Shown one piece after another: positions 1-9,368 of a stretch of DNA of 64,000 nucleotides (position 1 is its first letter; each line of letters opens with the position of its first letter). The notes below the pieces were generated by a model. The model was given only the letters and a program-made list of their open reading frames with translations. It made no database searches and had not been told where the DNA came from. The translations under genes were made by a program, and so were the position numbers. This DNA comes from a virus, in the IMG/VR virus record IMGVR_UViG_3300025897_002116, positions 1 through 64,000 of that record; one strand, given 5' to 3'.

Positions 1-626
1 CCTACTATCCTAGAATCCTCTATTGTTAGGGTTTTAAATTTTTCAACATTACCTAAGGTAAACGTAGTAGTTTTCTTTTGCCCTGAAAATGCTTGTATCT
101 TCTTTTTTAACGTGTAACCTGTAGGGTTGTTGTTTTCTATATCTGTTATTGTTATCTCAGTAGGATCGTAAGAACTTGAAAACCTAAAATCAATACCTTT
201 ATTTAATAGAAATGTAGTTTTTGAACTTTCTGATGAAGTAAAAATTGTATCAGCGGATATGTTGGCTGCTGTTGCCCAGTTGGGTTGGTAGTTTGGAGAT
301 CCTAAAGTATCAATGGTTTGTGTTGCTTCTATTTCTACTTCCGATACTCCTGTTACTTTAGGTTTATACCCCATCATATAAGCTAATGAATAAAGATTCT
401 TAGGGTCTTTAGCGTAAGTAAGATAGGTTTCCTGTAGTTGACTGTCTTGATAGAAAGATAGAATATCGCCTACATAAGCAGCCATCTCTATAAACATCAT
501 CCCGGGGGAGGTAGGAGAAAAATCATTATAGGTATCAGGGAAATAGTTTTTAGCGTATTCAACCAGTTGACTCCTAAAATCTGTAAAGTCTCTATTAACG
601 TATTTTATATCTCTTTCTTCAGCCAT
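1..626 (-). CDS. Baseplate wedge protein (T4 gp6-like), N-terminal part only; runs off the window edge
   Basis: Read manually from ATG at 626: MAEERDIKYVNRDFTDFRSQLVEYAKNYFPDTYNDFSPTSPGMMFIEMAAYVGD, a typical gp6/baseplate-J N-terminus. TAATG overlap with the gp25-like gene. Confidence 0.85.
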   Translation of the reverse strand, partial: MAEERDIKYVNRDFTDFRSQLVEYAKNYFPDTYNDFSPTSPGMMFIEMAAYVGDILSFYQDSQLQETYLTYAKDPKNLYSLAYMMGYKPKVTGVSEVEIEATQTIDTLGSPNYQPNWATAANISADTIFTSSESSKTTFLLNKGIDFRFSSSYDPTEITITDIENNNPTGYTLKKKIQAFSGQKKTTTFTLGNVEKFKTLTIEDSRIV

Positions 627-1036
627 TATTGTTCTACATCTACTGTTACTTGGTCTTCTATGTTACTGTCTATAATTCTATATTTCATATAAAACCTGAC
701 TGTGTGTGTATCTGGGTCGCTTTTTAATTCTATTTGAGTTGGGGATACCCGTGGAAAATAGTCTTTTACAGCATCCGTGATTACTTCTTTAACACCTTCT
801 AAACTATCATTAGTTATATTTTCAAATAATAAAGATCTCAGGTTAGAACCAAAATCGGGGTTTAGATAACGCTCTCTTTTATTAGTTAAAAAAAAGTTAA
901 TTAGATTTGCTTTTATTGCATCTTTAGTTTTATATGTTCTGTTAAATACAGCACCGGCAGAGAATGGAATACTTACGCCCACACCTATGCTTGGAGTTAA
1001 ATCTGATGGATCTATATGTTTTACGTCGTATGCCAT
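626..1036 (-). CDS. Baseplate wedge / sheath initiator, gp25-like
   Basis: NLINFFLTNKRERYLNPDFGSNLRSLLFE...YFPRV matches the GPW/gp25 pattern; adjacent to gp6-like gene. Confidence 0.88.
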   Translation of the reverse strand: MAYDVKHIDPSDLTPSIGVGVSIPFSAGAVFNRTYKTKDAIKANLINFFLTNKRERYLNPDFGSNLRSLLFENITNDSLEGVKEVITDAVKDYFPRVSPTQIELKSDPDTHTVRFYMKYRIIDSNIEDQVTVDVEQ

Positions 1037-1461
1037 TAAACCTTCTGTCTTGTTTTATCTTTCTCGTTAGAAGCATCAAATACTGCTTTTGCTTTTTTTA
1101 CAAAATCTAATCCACTCAAATCTAAACCAGGCTCTGCTCCGGTCATTCCCATTTGAGAAGCCATGGATTGAGCTAGTGGTGGTTTTGCAACATTTGTTGA
1201 GTCCATACTAACTATTTGGTTATAGTCTTCTGGTGTCATGGATTGCTTAGTTATGTTAAGCATTTCCATTATTGGATCGTTAGTTGGTTTTTGAGCTTGC
1301 TTAGGTGCCGACCAGCTTGTTTGACCTGCTTTAGGGGCAGGTTGCATTTTAGTTGGTGCACTAGCTATCTTAATAGCTTCGGTTAGCATATCCTGTACTT
1401 CTTCTTTTACGGCTGCTCTAACTTCTTCTCTTATGACTTTTCTAAGTTCGTCTAGTTTCAT
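1036..1461 (-). CDS. Hypothetical (probably virion-associated) protein
   Basis: 141-aa ORF with LRKVIREEV N-terminus in the baseplate cluster; CTATTTAT motif just upstream. Confidence 0.6.
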   Translation of the reverse strand: MKLDELRKVIREEVRAAVKEEVQDMLTEAIKIASAPTKMQPAPKAGQTSWSAPKQAQKPTNDPIMEMLNITKQSMTPEDYNQIVSMDSTNVAKPPLAQSMASQMGMTGAEPGLDLSGLDFVKKAKAVFDASNEKDKTRQKV

Positions 1462-1480
1462 ATGTATATAAATAGTAGGG

Positions 1481-2305
1481 TTATGGAAGTTGATTATCTA
1501 ATCTAAATTTTAATTCATCCAGTAATACTTGTTCAGAGCTAGCAAAAGAAAGTGGACCTTCTAAAACAACGATACCTCTGTAGTCTTTTGCTATTGCTTT
1601 CCTCTTAGGAACTATTGTTGTTACGTTTTCTTCTATTACTACACTTAACGTATATGATCGTCCGTTTGCTGCTGTATAACTTAGACCGGGTAGATTAGGG
1701 TCTTGTGTGTTGCCTTGTGTGTTACCTTGCGTGTTACTTTGTGCTCCTTTTAAAATAGCATCTCTTTCGGCTTGGGTTAGATTAGGGTTTGAAGCACATT
1801 CGGTTAATAGAGATTCTATTAAACCTAACTTAGTCTTAACAGGTTCAAATATGCCTGAGGCTGAGCTAACAACTGTTAGTATTGCTTTTTGATCGTTTTC
1901 AATATTTTCAACCATCTTACGAGTGAAGACTAAGAAGTTTGCTTGAGCTTGAATTAGACCAATAGGTATACCCACGCCGGGTGGTACTGCAGCAGGTATG
2001 GGAAGATGGGAAAGTAGCTCTACAATCACCTTACCTACGGTAATAGCTTTATCGAGTTTTTTAGGTAACTTAGTCATAACCTGTACTTGCTTATCAGTCT
2101 TATTCATTAAGCTTTTTAGGTTGTCTAAGGTTTTAGTTACTTCTATAAAGACCTCCGGGGGCGGGCACTCTTTTCTGAGTTCAGCTATAATTTCGTTTGC
2201 TTTTACATTAGCATAGGTTACCGCCATTGCTTTTAGCTGACCTAAGTTCGATGCTGCTAGAGTGGATAGTTGACTTTTATAATCTTTTAATAGAGCGTGT
2301 GGCAT
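1481..2305 (-). CDS. Hypothetical baseplate-region protein
   Basis: 274-aa ORF coupled to the gp5-like gene. Confidence 0.6.
   Translation of the reverse strand: MPHALLKDYKSQLSTLAASNLGQLKAMAVTYANVKANEIIAELRKECPPPEVFIEVTKTLDNLKSLMNKTDKQVQVMTKLPKKLDKAITVGKVIVELLSHLPIPAAVPPGVGIPIGLIQAQANFLVFTRKMVENIENDQKAILTVVSSASGIFEPVKTKLGLIESLLTECASNPNLTQAERDAILKGAQSNTQGNTQGNTQDPNLPGLSYTAANGRSYTLSVVIEENVTTIVPKRKAIAKDYRGIVVLEGPLSFASSEQVLLDELKFRLDNQLP
1704..1738. repeat. About 3 copies of a 12-bp in-frame tandem repeat (NTQG)
   Basis: tgtgtgttgcct/tgtgtgttacct/tgcgtgttact encodes SNTQGNTQGNTQ. Confidence 0.8.
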
Positions 2306-3459
2306 TATTCAGTAAATACTTTTTTAGATTTGATTGATGATGGTCCACCTGGGTTGATTAGTGTTAGAAGTCTCTGTGCTTCTTTGATGATTGTTGGACC
2401 TTCGGTGTTTAAATTTACTACCGGGCCCCCTGTTAAAGAGGTAGCAACTTGTAACTGCACTCCTAGGTTTCTAATCAAAACCAATAAGTCTTTTAATAAT
2501 CCTTCAAGAGCATCTCCTTTTATTATAGGTTCTCTTTCATTTTTTAATGCTTGTTTACCTAGGTATATTTTTGTAGCATCTAATCCTATACTATTAATAC
2601 CGTCGATACTCGTATTTTCTGAAGTAAAAGCAATTGTCTTTTTTGCTGAAAGTATTATACTCTCTTCTCTTGCATTAAAGAATAAGCGATTGCTGTTCAT
2701 AAGTATCTGAGAACCTTTATATACGTCTGCTTGTACTAGGGTATCTCCTTTATTAGCATCCGCTTTATTATTAGAAGGGGTTAGAGGTATAGTGTGGTTA
2801 GAGGTTAGAAAGATTGAAGAAGCGTCTTTGTTAACATCCTCTACTATATGGTCATCTTCATTACCGTTTTGACCATTACTTATAACAGTAAACGGGTCAC
2901 CGTTATTAGAATTATCTGAGAATATATTTCCGTATCCACTAGTACCTGATAGTCTTATGGATTGTCCTAACCTACCTTCTATTAAGGTATCACCGGGGAA
3001 AGGCTGTAAAGGTTTAATTTCCGTATTTTCTTCAAAATCAGAACCAAAGTCTACTTTAGCACTGCTTCCTGCGTCTATTGATGCATTATGATTAGGGTGA
3101 TTCCATACAGAAACTACTGTGGTGTAGTATTTATGTGAATCCGTACTAAGGTTATTAGATGCCTCTACTGTTGGTCCATCTGTCAATAGAACTATTTCAT
3201 TTTTTAGAGGAAGAAATCTTATATTAGAGCTAATAGGAAAAGCTACCGGTAGGGTTGATGGATCACTTACATCAATAGCTCTATCAGCAATAGAATACTT
3301 AATTGCCCCAATAGCATTAGATCTGCCGTATTTTTCATACTCAGGATGAGTGGCGTCTAATATTACATCAACAACCCGGACAGGTACTGTCTTACGTTTA
3401 AATGTCGGACGTGTATCTTGACTAGAAGTAATATTAAAAGATTTATTCCTTATCGGCAT
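2305..3459 (-). CDS. Baseplate hub/spike protein, gp5/VgrG-like
   Basis: N-terminal OB-fold-like segment (PLKNEIV), GDTLIEGRLGQSIR, and beta-helix-like C-terminus; baseplate context. Confidence 0.7.
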   Translation of the reverse strand: MPIRNKSFNITSSQDTRPTFKRKTVPVRVVDVILDATHPEYEKYGRSNAIGAIKYSIADRAIDVSDPSTLPVAFPISSNIRFLPLKNEIVLLTDGPTVEASNNLSTDSHKYYTTVVSVWNHPNHNASIDAGSSAKVDFGSDFEENTEIKPLQPFPGDTLIEGRLGQSIRLSGTSGYGNIFSDNSNNGDPFTVISNGQNGNEDDHIVEDVNKDASSIFLTSNHTIPLTPSNNKADANKGDTLVQADVYKGSQILMNSNRLFFNAREESIILSAKKTIAFTSENTSIDGINSIGLDATKIYLGKQALKNEREPIIKGDALEGLLKDLLVLIRNLGVQLQVATSLTGGPVVNLNTEGPTIIKEAQRLLTLINPGGPSSIKSKKVFTE

Positions 3460-3805
3460 TATCTTGTTTCTGTTCTAATTGCTGATCTGTATTTTCTTGC
3501 TCTAATAACAAATCCTGAATATCTGAAAAGTCGAAATCACCGCTATCTCCTTTTGTTATAGCACTTTCAATTCTCTGTATGATTGTCGCTAACTTAATCA
3601 AGGCATCGTCGTTCTTTACTCCTATCTCCATGTATTCTTTTATCATAGGAACAATCAGAGTTGCATCGCCAATGTTCTCTATAAGAGGTTTAAGCTCAGA
3701 GATGAGAGATTTTACTTGTACTTTAGTCTCTTTAGAATTATCGTAAATTTCTCCAAAAAGATCAGATAGAGTCTTACCTTTAAATATTTCTTTATCTAAG
3801 CTCAT
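3443..3805 (-). CDS. Hypothetical helical phage protein
   Basis: 120-aa ORF preceded by CTATTTAT motif. Confidence 0.6.
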   Translation of the reverse strand: MSLDKEIFKGKTLSDLFGEIYDNSKETKVQVKSLISELKPLIENIGDATLIVPMIKEYMEIGVKNDDALIKLATIIQRIESAITKGDSGDFDFSDIQDLLLEQENTDQQLEQKQDNADKE

Positions 3806-3828
3806 ATTAATACTTTAGTATAAATAGA

Positions 3829-4533
3829 CTAGATATAATTACTTGAAAGAAGACCTCTGTCGTAATATGTCTGGTATTTTTTATAAAACTCCTCTTTAAG
3901 TCTGGCTATAACTCTAGTCAATGGAGGTGTTTCACAATCTGTCATCTCTCTAATGTATATGTAAAGAGCTTTTTTCTTAAAAATATCTAAATCATTTCTG
4001 GTTTTAAAGATAGTCAAAACTGCATCCGCTATTTGTGTTTCGGATTCTTTAGGAAATAAAGTATCTAACTCTCCATACATTTGAATTACCCATTCATCTA
4101 TAAAGGAACTTAATGTGATACCGGATGGCTCATCTAGGTTTAGATTTTGATCAAATGATTCATCCATGTCGCTGAATGATCCTATCTGTTTTAATTTCTT
4201 ATAGTTCTTGTTGTTGTAGTTAATCAACCAACGCTTAACAATTGTACCGTAATAGGAATATGCCTTAGCTCCATTACTAGGGTCAAATTTATCAATCTTT
4301 TCTTCTAGCAAAACAGATACAATCTCATGCTTTAAAGATTCTATATCATCTGTATCGGTGTAGTAGAACTTAAAGGTATGAATTATATTTTCTGCGAGCT
4401 TATAAAAGGGTAAATAGATATGATCCGTGAATATCTTTGCTCGATAAACCGGATCCTTAGAGTTATTATAAAGTACTATATAATTTTCTGTATCTTTTGT
4501 AAAATAGTTACTGTTAGCTTTCTTTCTTGCCAT
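3829..4533 (-). CDS. Phage RNA polymerase sigma factor (gp55-like, late transcription)
   Basis: NYFT N-terminus and KFDPSNGAKAYSYYGTIVKR resemble sigma region 2 of T4 gp55-type proteins. Confidence 0.65.
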   Translation of the reverse strand: MARKKANSNYFTKDTENYIVLYNNSKDPVYRAKIFTDHIYLPFYKLAENIIHTFKFYYTDTDDIESLKHEIVSVLLEEKIDKFDPSNGAKAYSYYGTIVKRWLINYNNKNYKKLKQIGSFSDMDESFDQNLNLDEPSGITLSSFIDEWVIQMYGELDTLFPKESETQIADAVLTIFKTRNDLDIFKKKALYIYIREMTDCETPPLTRVIARLKEEFYKKYQTYYDRGLLSSNYI

Positions 4534-4807
4534 AATTTTTTGGTAGCATATACTTATTTAATTCCTCTTGTATTGTTTTCATATGATTGAAGAATTGTCC
4601 AACTTCATCATCTGATTGAAATACTCCTTTTTCATCAAGGGCATGTAATTGTTTACCTGAATCTAGTATAATATCGGAAATATTTTGCATATAACCTACT
4701 TGATCTTGAACTATATCTTCATATTTTTCAACTTTTTTTATTGAGTTAAAAACTCCATACATTAGTAGTAGGTTTATAACTGAGGAAATTACTATTAAGG
4801 TTATCAT
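4514..4807 (-). CDS. Small membrane-anchored protein
   Basis: N-terminal hydrophobic helix followed by a coiled-coil. Confidence 0.6.
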   Translation of the reverse strand: MITLIVISSVINLLLMYGVFNSIKKVEKYEDIVQDQVGYMQNISDIILDSGKQLHALDEKGVFQSDDEVGQFFNHMKTIQEELNKYMLPKNYGKKES

Positions 4808-4808
4808 A

Positions 4809-5543
4809 TTACAGTCCTTTTAAAATGTTACTTAGTCCTTCTGAGGATTTAATTGCCTTTCCGGTGGTAGAAACTCTTTTTTGTACTTTAGGGGTACTGC
4901 TTCCACCCTCCCTCTTCCAAATATCATACTCAACCTTAGAAGCTAGAAAGTCTGCTGAGTGAAGTATAGATATAATACTTGTTTTCTGTCTTGATGATTC
5001 CATATGGCTAAAAAAGTATGCTTCGTTAGCTTTATCAAACACACCATCATGTAATCTAATGGCTAAAAACTCCTTTTGGTTAACTTTGATACCAAATTTC
5101 TGTAAAATAAATAAAGATCTATCTGGTATGAGCATAAAATCAAGGTCTGAATTGAAAGTATACATTTCCGATAGCTTATCTTGTCGCCATTTATCGGTTT
5201 GAGGTATGTAATTAGGCTTCTCACCGTCTCCTATCTTACCTAAATCATGAAATAGGGCAGAAAAAACCAATTCTTCCTCGGTAAAGTCAACAGTTCCGCC
5301 CATCTCTGCGTAAAGTCTTGCCTGTTTTACTGCATATTGTACGACTCTATTAACGTGATCGACATAACCTCCGGGGAAAGCACTATGATACCATGTCTTT
5401 CCACTAGCAGGTGCCATAATATACACCTCGGACAAAGAATCTAACATGGTTTTTACTTGATCCTTCCGGGTAGTAAGGTAGGTATCAACAATTTTTAAAT
5501 GTTTTTCCCAATTTAATTGGATTTTATCGGCAGATATGGACAT
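4809..5543 (-). CDS. HD-domain phosphohydrolase
   Basis: H..FPGGYVDH, LFHDLGKIG, IRLHDG and ILHSAD motifs. Confidence 0.85.
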   Translation of the reverse strand: MSISADKIQLNWEKHLKIVDTYLTTRKDQVKTMLDSLSEVYIMAPASGKTWYHSAFPGGYVDHVNRVVQYAVKQARLYAEMGGTVDFTEEELVFSALFHDLGKIGDGEKPNYIPQTDKWRQDKLSEMYTFNSDLDFMLIPDRSLFILQKFGIKVNQKEFLAIRLHDGVFDKANEAYFFSHMESSRQKTSIISILHSADFLASKVEYDIWKREGGSSTPKVQKRVSTTGKAIKSSEGLSNILKGL

Positions 5544-5544
5544 A

Positions 5545-5700
5545 GATAACCTTTTTTTAGTTTAATTATATATTTTATTACTTTGTTATTAAAATTATAT
5601 TTACTATATTGTTAAAAATATTATTAATTATTACTATTATTATTATTTTATAATTAATTATTTATATATTCTTTAATATCTTATTATATACTTCTAAGTT
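5545..5700. other. Extremely AT-rich intergenic tract
   Basis: About 150 bp almost devoid of G/C. Confidence 0.7.
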
Positions 5701-5724
5701 ATACTAAAAAACGCATAATGGCAA

Positions 5725-6357
5725 CTATTCCACAATAAATTTTTCATATATATTTTTTTTAAGTACGGATTGAGAGCTTGCATCCCAAAACACTTTCATT
5801 TTTAGTGTTACTGTATCCCCAATAAAGGTAGGAGGGATTGGTCCAACGGTTCTTCTACTGTAAACTTTAGAGTTTTTATTATTAGAAAAGTAAATAGACG
5901 TATTTTGTACCAAATTCATAACTGTACCTTCAAACTGATTTAATACAACTGTTGTTGTTCCTACCGAGAGAAGATTTCCTGAAACAGAGTAGTTACTTTC
6001 TAAAAAGTTATATAGAGGCAATGTATAGGTAACACTCGAACCTAACTCCCAATATTTATCTGTATCAAATTCTGCTGATACTACTGAGATTTCATTATAT
6101 CGGTACAGGGGGTTTACATCGGAGGCCTCTACATCTACAAGAAAGTAGGGCAAATAATCTCTATTCCAATTAAGCTTAACATGGTAATACCCATTTTCAT
6201 CAGCCGGAGTACTAAATAACATCCTAGCTTCACATTCACCTCCAAGACAGGCAGGAGGGTAATCAAATTGCTCTTCACAGGAAAAGAGTGTGGGGATTAA
6301 TAAAAAGACAACCGCCGCGCGAAACGCGCGAAGTTGCCACGAAAAATTATCTTCCAT
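5725..6357 (-). CDS. Putative lipoprotein
   Basis: Hydrophobic stretch VVFLLIPTLFS followed by Cys (lipobox-like LFSC). Confidence 0.65.
   Translation of the reverse strand: MEDNFSWQLRAFRAAVVFLLIPTLFSCEEQFDYPPACLGGECEARMLFSTPADENGYYHVKLNWNRDYLPYFLVDVEASDVNPLYRYNEISVVSAEFDTDKYWELGSSVTYTLPLYNFLESNYSVSGNLLSVGTTTVVLNQFEGTVMNLVQNTSIYFSNNKNSKVYSRRTVGPIPPTFIGDTVTLKMKVFWDASSQSVLKKNIYEKFIVE
6316..6341 (+). repeat. GC-rich palindrome plus CGAAGTTGCCACG core (inverted copy of the 9.3-10.6 kb element)
   Basis: cgcgcg-aaa-cgcgcg at 6316-6330; cgaagttgccacg at 6329-6341. Confidence 0.65.
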
Positions 6358-6874
6358 AATCAGTCATTTTATAAGATTCTCCCAAACGTTCGACCACCGA
6401 ACGGCCTTGATCAACGGTGATATTAAAAAACTCTTTCTTTTTATTAACCCTAAAGCCTTCGACCTCAAGATAGGCATGTATCTCTCTCTCCAATGCATGC
6501 GCATTAAAGCAAGGGAATGCCCATTCAACCTTAAAATCTAAGGCAACTCCAGTTGCAGCATTAATCTGTTTGGCTCTCTCCCCGGGTCGGTTCTTTGTAA
6601 AGCCGATCTTCACCAGTCCGGGCATTGTGATATTAGACAGTATATAGATCCATTGGCAATTGACCTGACCTTTTGGCATCTGTGTATGTCTGGGTCGATT
6701 GGTATAGTATCTAACGTCCTCCCAGCCCTCTGATATCGGGTAGTCTGAGTTACTAGATGGAGTTAATGTGAAATATTCGGCAGGTGTGGATAATTGATCA
6801 TCGGCACATGCAATGAATTTAGATGCTTTTTTGGGTGTGATCCTTGTGATTTTGAATCCTTCTTGTTTTCTCAT
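6347..6874 (-). CDS. GIY-YIG family (T5orf172-type) domain protein
   Basis: WIYILSN..MPGLVKIGFT..P.ERAKQI..ATGV...LEREIH...EFF. Confidence 0.85.
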   Translation of the reverse strand: MRKQEGFKITRITPKKASKFIACADDQLSTPAEYFTLTPSSNSDYPISEGWEDVRYYTNRPRHTQMPKGQVNCQWIYILSNITMPGLVKIGFTKNRPGERAKQINAATGVALDFKVEWAFPCFNAHALEREIHAYLEVEGFRVNKKKEFFNITVDQGRSVVERLGESYKMTDYGR

Positions 6875-6880
6875 ACGATA

Positions 6881-6932
6881 TAACCTTTATTTTTATATCT
6901 AAAGATAAGAACTTTTACTCAATTAAACAACT
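6881..6932 (-). promoter_or_regulatory. Class I (host sigma-type) promoter plus leader
   Basis: Minus strand AGTTG-N16-TTCTTATCTTTAG ... AAAGGTTA upstream of the GIY-YIG gene. Confidence 0.7.
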
Positions 6933-6952
6933 TATTTACACTAAAAGTTAAA

Positions 6953-7363
6953 TTAAAGTTCGGTGAGTAGCTTTATATATTTCTTTATTACATTGCATTT
7001 TTCATACTCCTCCACACTTTCAAAGTAGATTCTCATCTCATCTAAACCATCATACACATCATCTTTTTCATAAGAGGTACCTATAGTGTAGATTGTCTCA
7101 AACCTGTCGCTATTGATGCGAGTTAGGTAGCTATATATTCGGCTATAGTATTTGTATTTGATACTGGTAGACACCTTCTCATACTCTTGGGGATAGTTTC
7201 TCTTATACATTACATCCATTAGAATATAGCTTTGAAGGCCATTCAACACCATCCCCATTAGTACATAAGGATTTTTAAGAGCATCCGAGGCTTCCTTATA
7301 AATCTCCTCATCACCGGATTCAAAGATAGAGAATAAAGTATTTTTATTTAACGGTTGCATCAT
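6953..7363 (-). CDS. Hypothetical protein with C-terminal UVR-like (EEYEKC) motif
   Basis: YFESVEEYEKCNVIKK. Confidence 0.6.
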   Translation of the reverse strand: MMQPLNKNTLFSIFESGDEEIYKEASDALKNPYVLMGMVLNGLQSYILMDVMYKRNYPQEYEKVSTSIKYKYYSRIYSYLTRINSDRFETIYTIGTSYEKDDVYDGLDEMRIYFESVEEYEKCNVIKKYIKLLTEL

Positions 7364-7452
7364 TCATAAATAGTTCTTATATTATGTAATATACAATACC
7401 CCTATATGGTAAAAATTTTGCCAAAAAATTTCTTTAAGTATTTTGTATAAAC

Positions 7453-7491
7453 AGTTGGAAAGTAGAGAAATATTTCGTATATTATAGTATA
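7453..7491 (+). promoter_or_regulatory. Class I promoter on the plus strand, firing into an ORF-poor region
   Basis: AGTTG-16 nt-TTCGTATATTatAGTATA; same elements and spacing as the minus-strand copies. Confidence 0.65.
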
Positions 7492-7894
7492 GAGAAAAGG
7501 TAAGATCTTAATGCCGATAGAATTATTCGGGGGAATGTCCGGAGGCAGCCCATATTAAGATCGCACCATAGAACTATAACACCCAGCATCCTCTGTATAG
7601 GACATAAGAGTATACAGATATAGAGATAATATAAGATGTGAGTGAGAACGAATGGGCAAGTAAATGATTGATGTATAAGATGAATGATGATTGATGAATG
7701 GAGTATGAATGGAAAGGTTTGTATCTAATATATACATATATAAATATATATTACCTATATACCTAAATTTCATCAGAAATATACTCCCACGTATGGCGCA
7801 GCCTTGACAGAGCCGTACCTCTTAGGGAACTATACCGGCAGTGTTATATCACCGTTAGCTCACCTTGATCAAAGCCTGCCCGTGTATGGCCGTA

Positions 7895-8233
7895 CTAAGT
7901 TTTGTAGTCACCTAATACCATCTCTGTTATGTCTATATCAGCCATGTCCATCTTGTATGTAGTCCTTGTAGACATCATATCATAAGTATAAAGATGTATG
8001 GTCGTATTGGTGATCTTATGTACGTTCATTGAAGAGGGTACACTAAGGCATGTTACTGAGTAGTCTTTATCTAGACCATCCCATGAGTTATATACCTCTA
8101 GTCTGTACTCCTTGTCTCCTTTGTAGGTAAAGCGTAAGCTGCCTCCTTTGGTAAGGTTCTTGATTAAAGCTATCTTAGACACAGCCGCCTTAACTCTTTG
8201 ATTGTATGTGGTAAATAATGTATTAGTATCCAT
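7895..8233 (-). CDS. Hypothetical early protein
   Basis: 112-aa ORF directly after a class I promoter repeat. Confidence 0.7.
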   Translation of the reverse strand: MDTNTLFTTYNQRVKAAVSKIALIKNLTKGGSLRFTYKGDKEYRLEVYNSWDGLDKDYSVTCLSVPSSMNVHKITNTTIHLYTYDMMSTRTTYKMDMADIDITEMVLGDYKT

Positions 8234-8297
8234 AACCTTTATTTTTATCTATTTGACTTATACCTAAATATACGAACTTTAATTCAGAAAGGCAACT
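8234..8297 (-). promoter_or_regulatory. Class I promoter/leader repeat
   Basis: aacctttatttttatct...ttatacctaaatatacgaactttaa...aaaggcaact. Confidence 0.85.
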
Positions 8298-8548
8298 TAT
8301 GCCGAACAACGATCATCACCTAAATCTACCTCTCTACGGTACACCGCACCCTTTACAGAGTCTTCCCAGTACCCTTTAACAATAGCCTGCTTACATTCAC
8401 CAAGAGTATCGCAATGTAGATGGTCACCGAGTTTGTTATTAACCGGCTTAATAATCCAATCATTGTATATGGCTCGGTAGGAAGCTATGAAAGATAAACT
8501 AGCCGTAACTATGTTATAACTGCCTGCTTTAATTTTAGTAACCTTCAT
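8297..8548 (-). CDS. Hypothetical early protein
   Basis: 83-aa ORF with AAAGGTTATG leader. Confidence 0.65.
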   Translation of the reverse strand: MKVTKIKAGSYNIVTASLSFIASYRAIYNDWIIKPVNNKLGDHLHCDTLGECKQAIVKGYWEDSVKGAVYRREVDLGDDRCSA

Positions 8549-8560
8549 AACCTTTATTGT

Positions 8561-8713
8561 TTAATGTCCTGTATAAATGTCTTGCCCTGATATCGTAGTA
8601 ACCTCACCCGTAATAAGATCTGTCATCTCTATCAGCTCATCATCCGTTATATAACCTGAACCCCATGCCTTAATAAGATCGTTGATTGCCTGCTGTGTTG
8701 ATTGTCTGTCCAT
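8561..8713 (-). CDS. Small hypothetical early protein (start revised to 8713, MDRQST...)
   Basis: The promoter repeat at 8714-8766 lies inside the longer ORF-track call, so the true start is the ATG after the leader. Confidence 0.6.
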   Translation of the reverse strand: MDRQSTQQAINDLIKAWGSGYITDDELIEMTDLITGEVTTISGQDIYTGH

Positions 8714-8766
8714 AACCTCTTTCTTTATATACCTAAAGATACGAACTATAAGTTTAAAAGGCAACT
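8714..8766 (-). promoter_or_regulatory. Class I promoter/leader repeat
   Basis: tatacctaaagatacgaact...aaaaggcaact. Confidence 0.8.
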
Positions 8767-9155
8767 ATTATAGGAGATTTACATTCCGTCTAAGGTTCTC
8801 TTTATTCCTTTACCCTTCTCCTACCCTACCACATAGGCAACGTTATGAATATGCTAAAGGAATTAGGTTTTAGGGGTATACACGTCTAAATATATTTTGT
8901 ATGGCCGGAAAAGTTGTAAGGGAGACACATGCAGCCCAATACTTCACTTTCTAACCCCACAACAAACTACTTCATTTTTCTACACATCATACATCTATTC
9001 ATAGTACAATACAATCAATTCAATATATACATATATACTTACAATATAGTTCATACACTTCACCGTAAACAATCACCTTAACCTTCTTTCTCCCTTGATC
9101 TCTCTATGTCTGTCCATATATCGTATGTACCGGTGTACCTATGTTTGGTCAAAGT

Positions 9156-9260
9156 CTATAATAACTCAGAGACGGGGTACGCCAGTACCTCCTCACCCTT
9201 TATCATCAGGTTTGGGAAGGCACGCCATTGTTGTTTGGTTGGTTGATAGGTTGGCTTCAT
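9156..9260 (-). CDS. Small hypothetical protein (MKPTYQPTKQQW...)
   Basis: Internal ATG at 9260; the upstream part of the track ORF is the GC-rich repeat. Confidence 0.4.
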   Translation of the reverse strand: MKPTYQPTKQQWRAFPNLMIKGEEVLAYPVSELL

Positions 9261-9280
9261 TTGAGACTTTAGTTGAAAAT

Positions 9281-9327
9281 GCGCGTGGCACCTTCGGTGG
9301 AGAGATGAAAACCCCCTCCCCCTCATC
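9281..9327 (-). repeat. GC-rich hairpin element, copy 1
   Basis: Minus strand GAGGGGGAGGGGGTTTTCATCTCTC-CACC-GAA-GGTG-CCACGCGC. Confidence 0.8.
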
Positions 9328-9368
9328 ATTCCTATCCTCCATCCAATCCCATTCCCTACCGGCATTGA

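Noticed and set aside
7555-7773. 72-aa minus-strand ORF
   Set aside because: Low-complexity I/Y/H/S translation of a skewed tract, with no leader or promoter motif.
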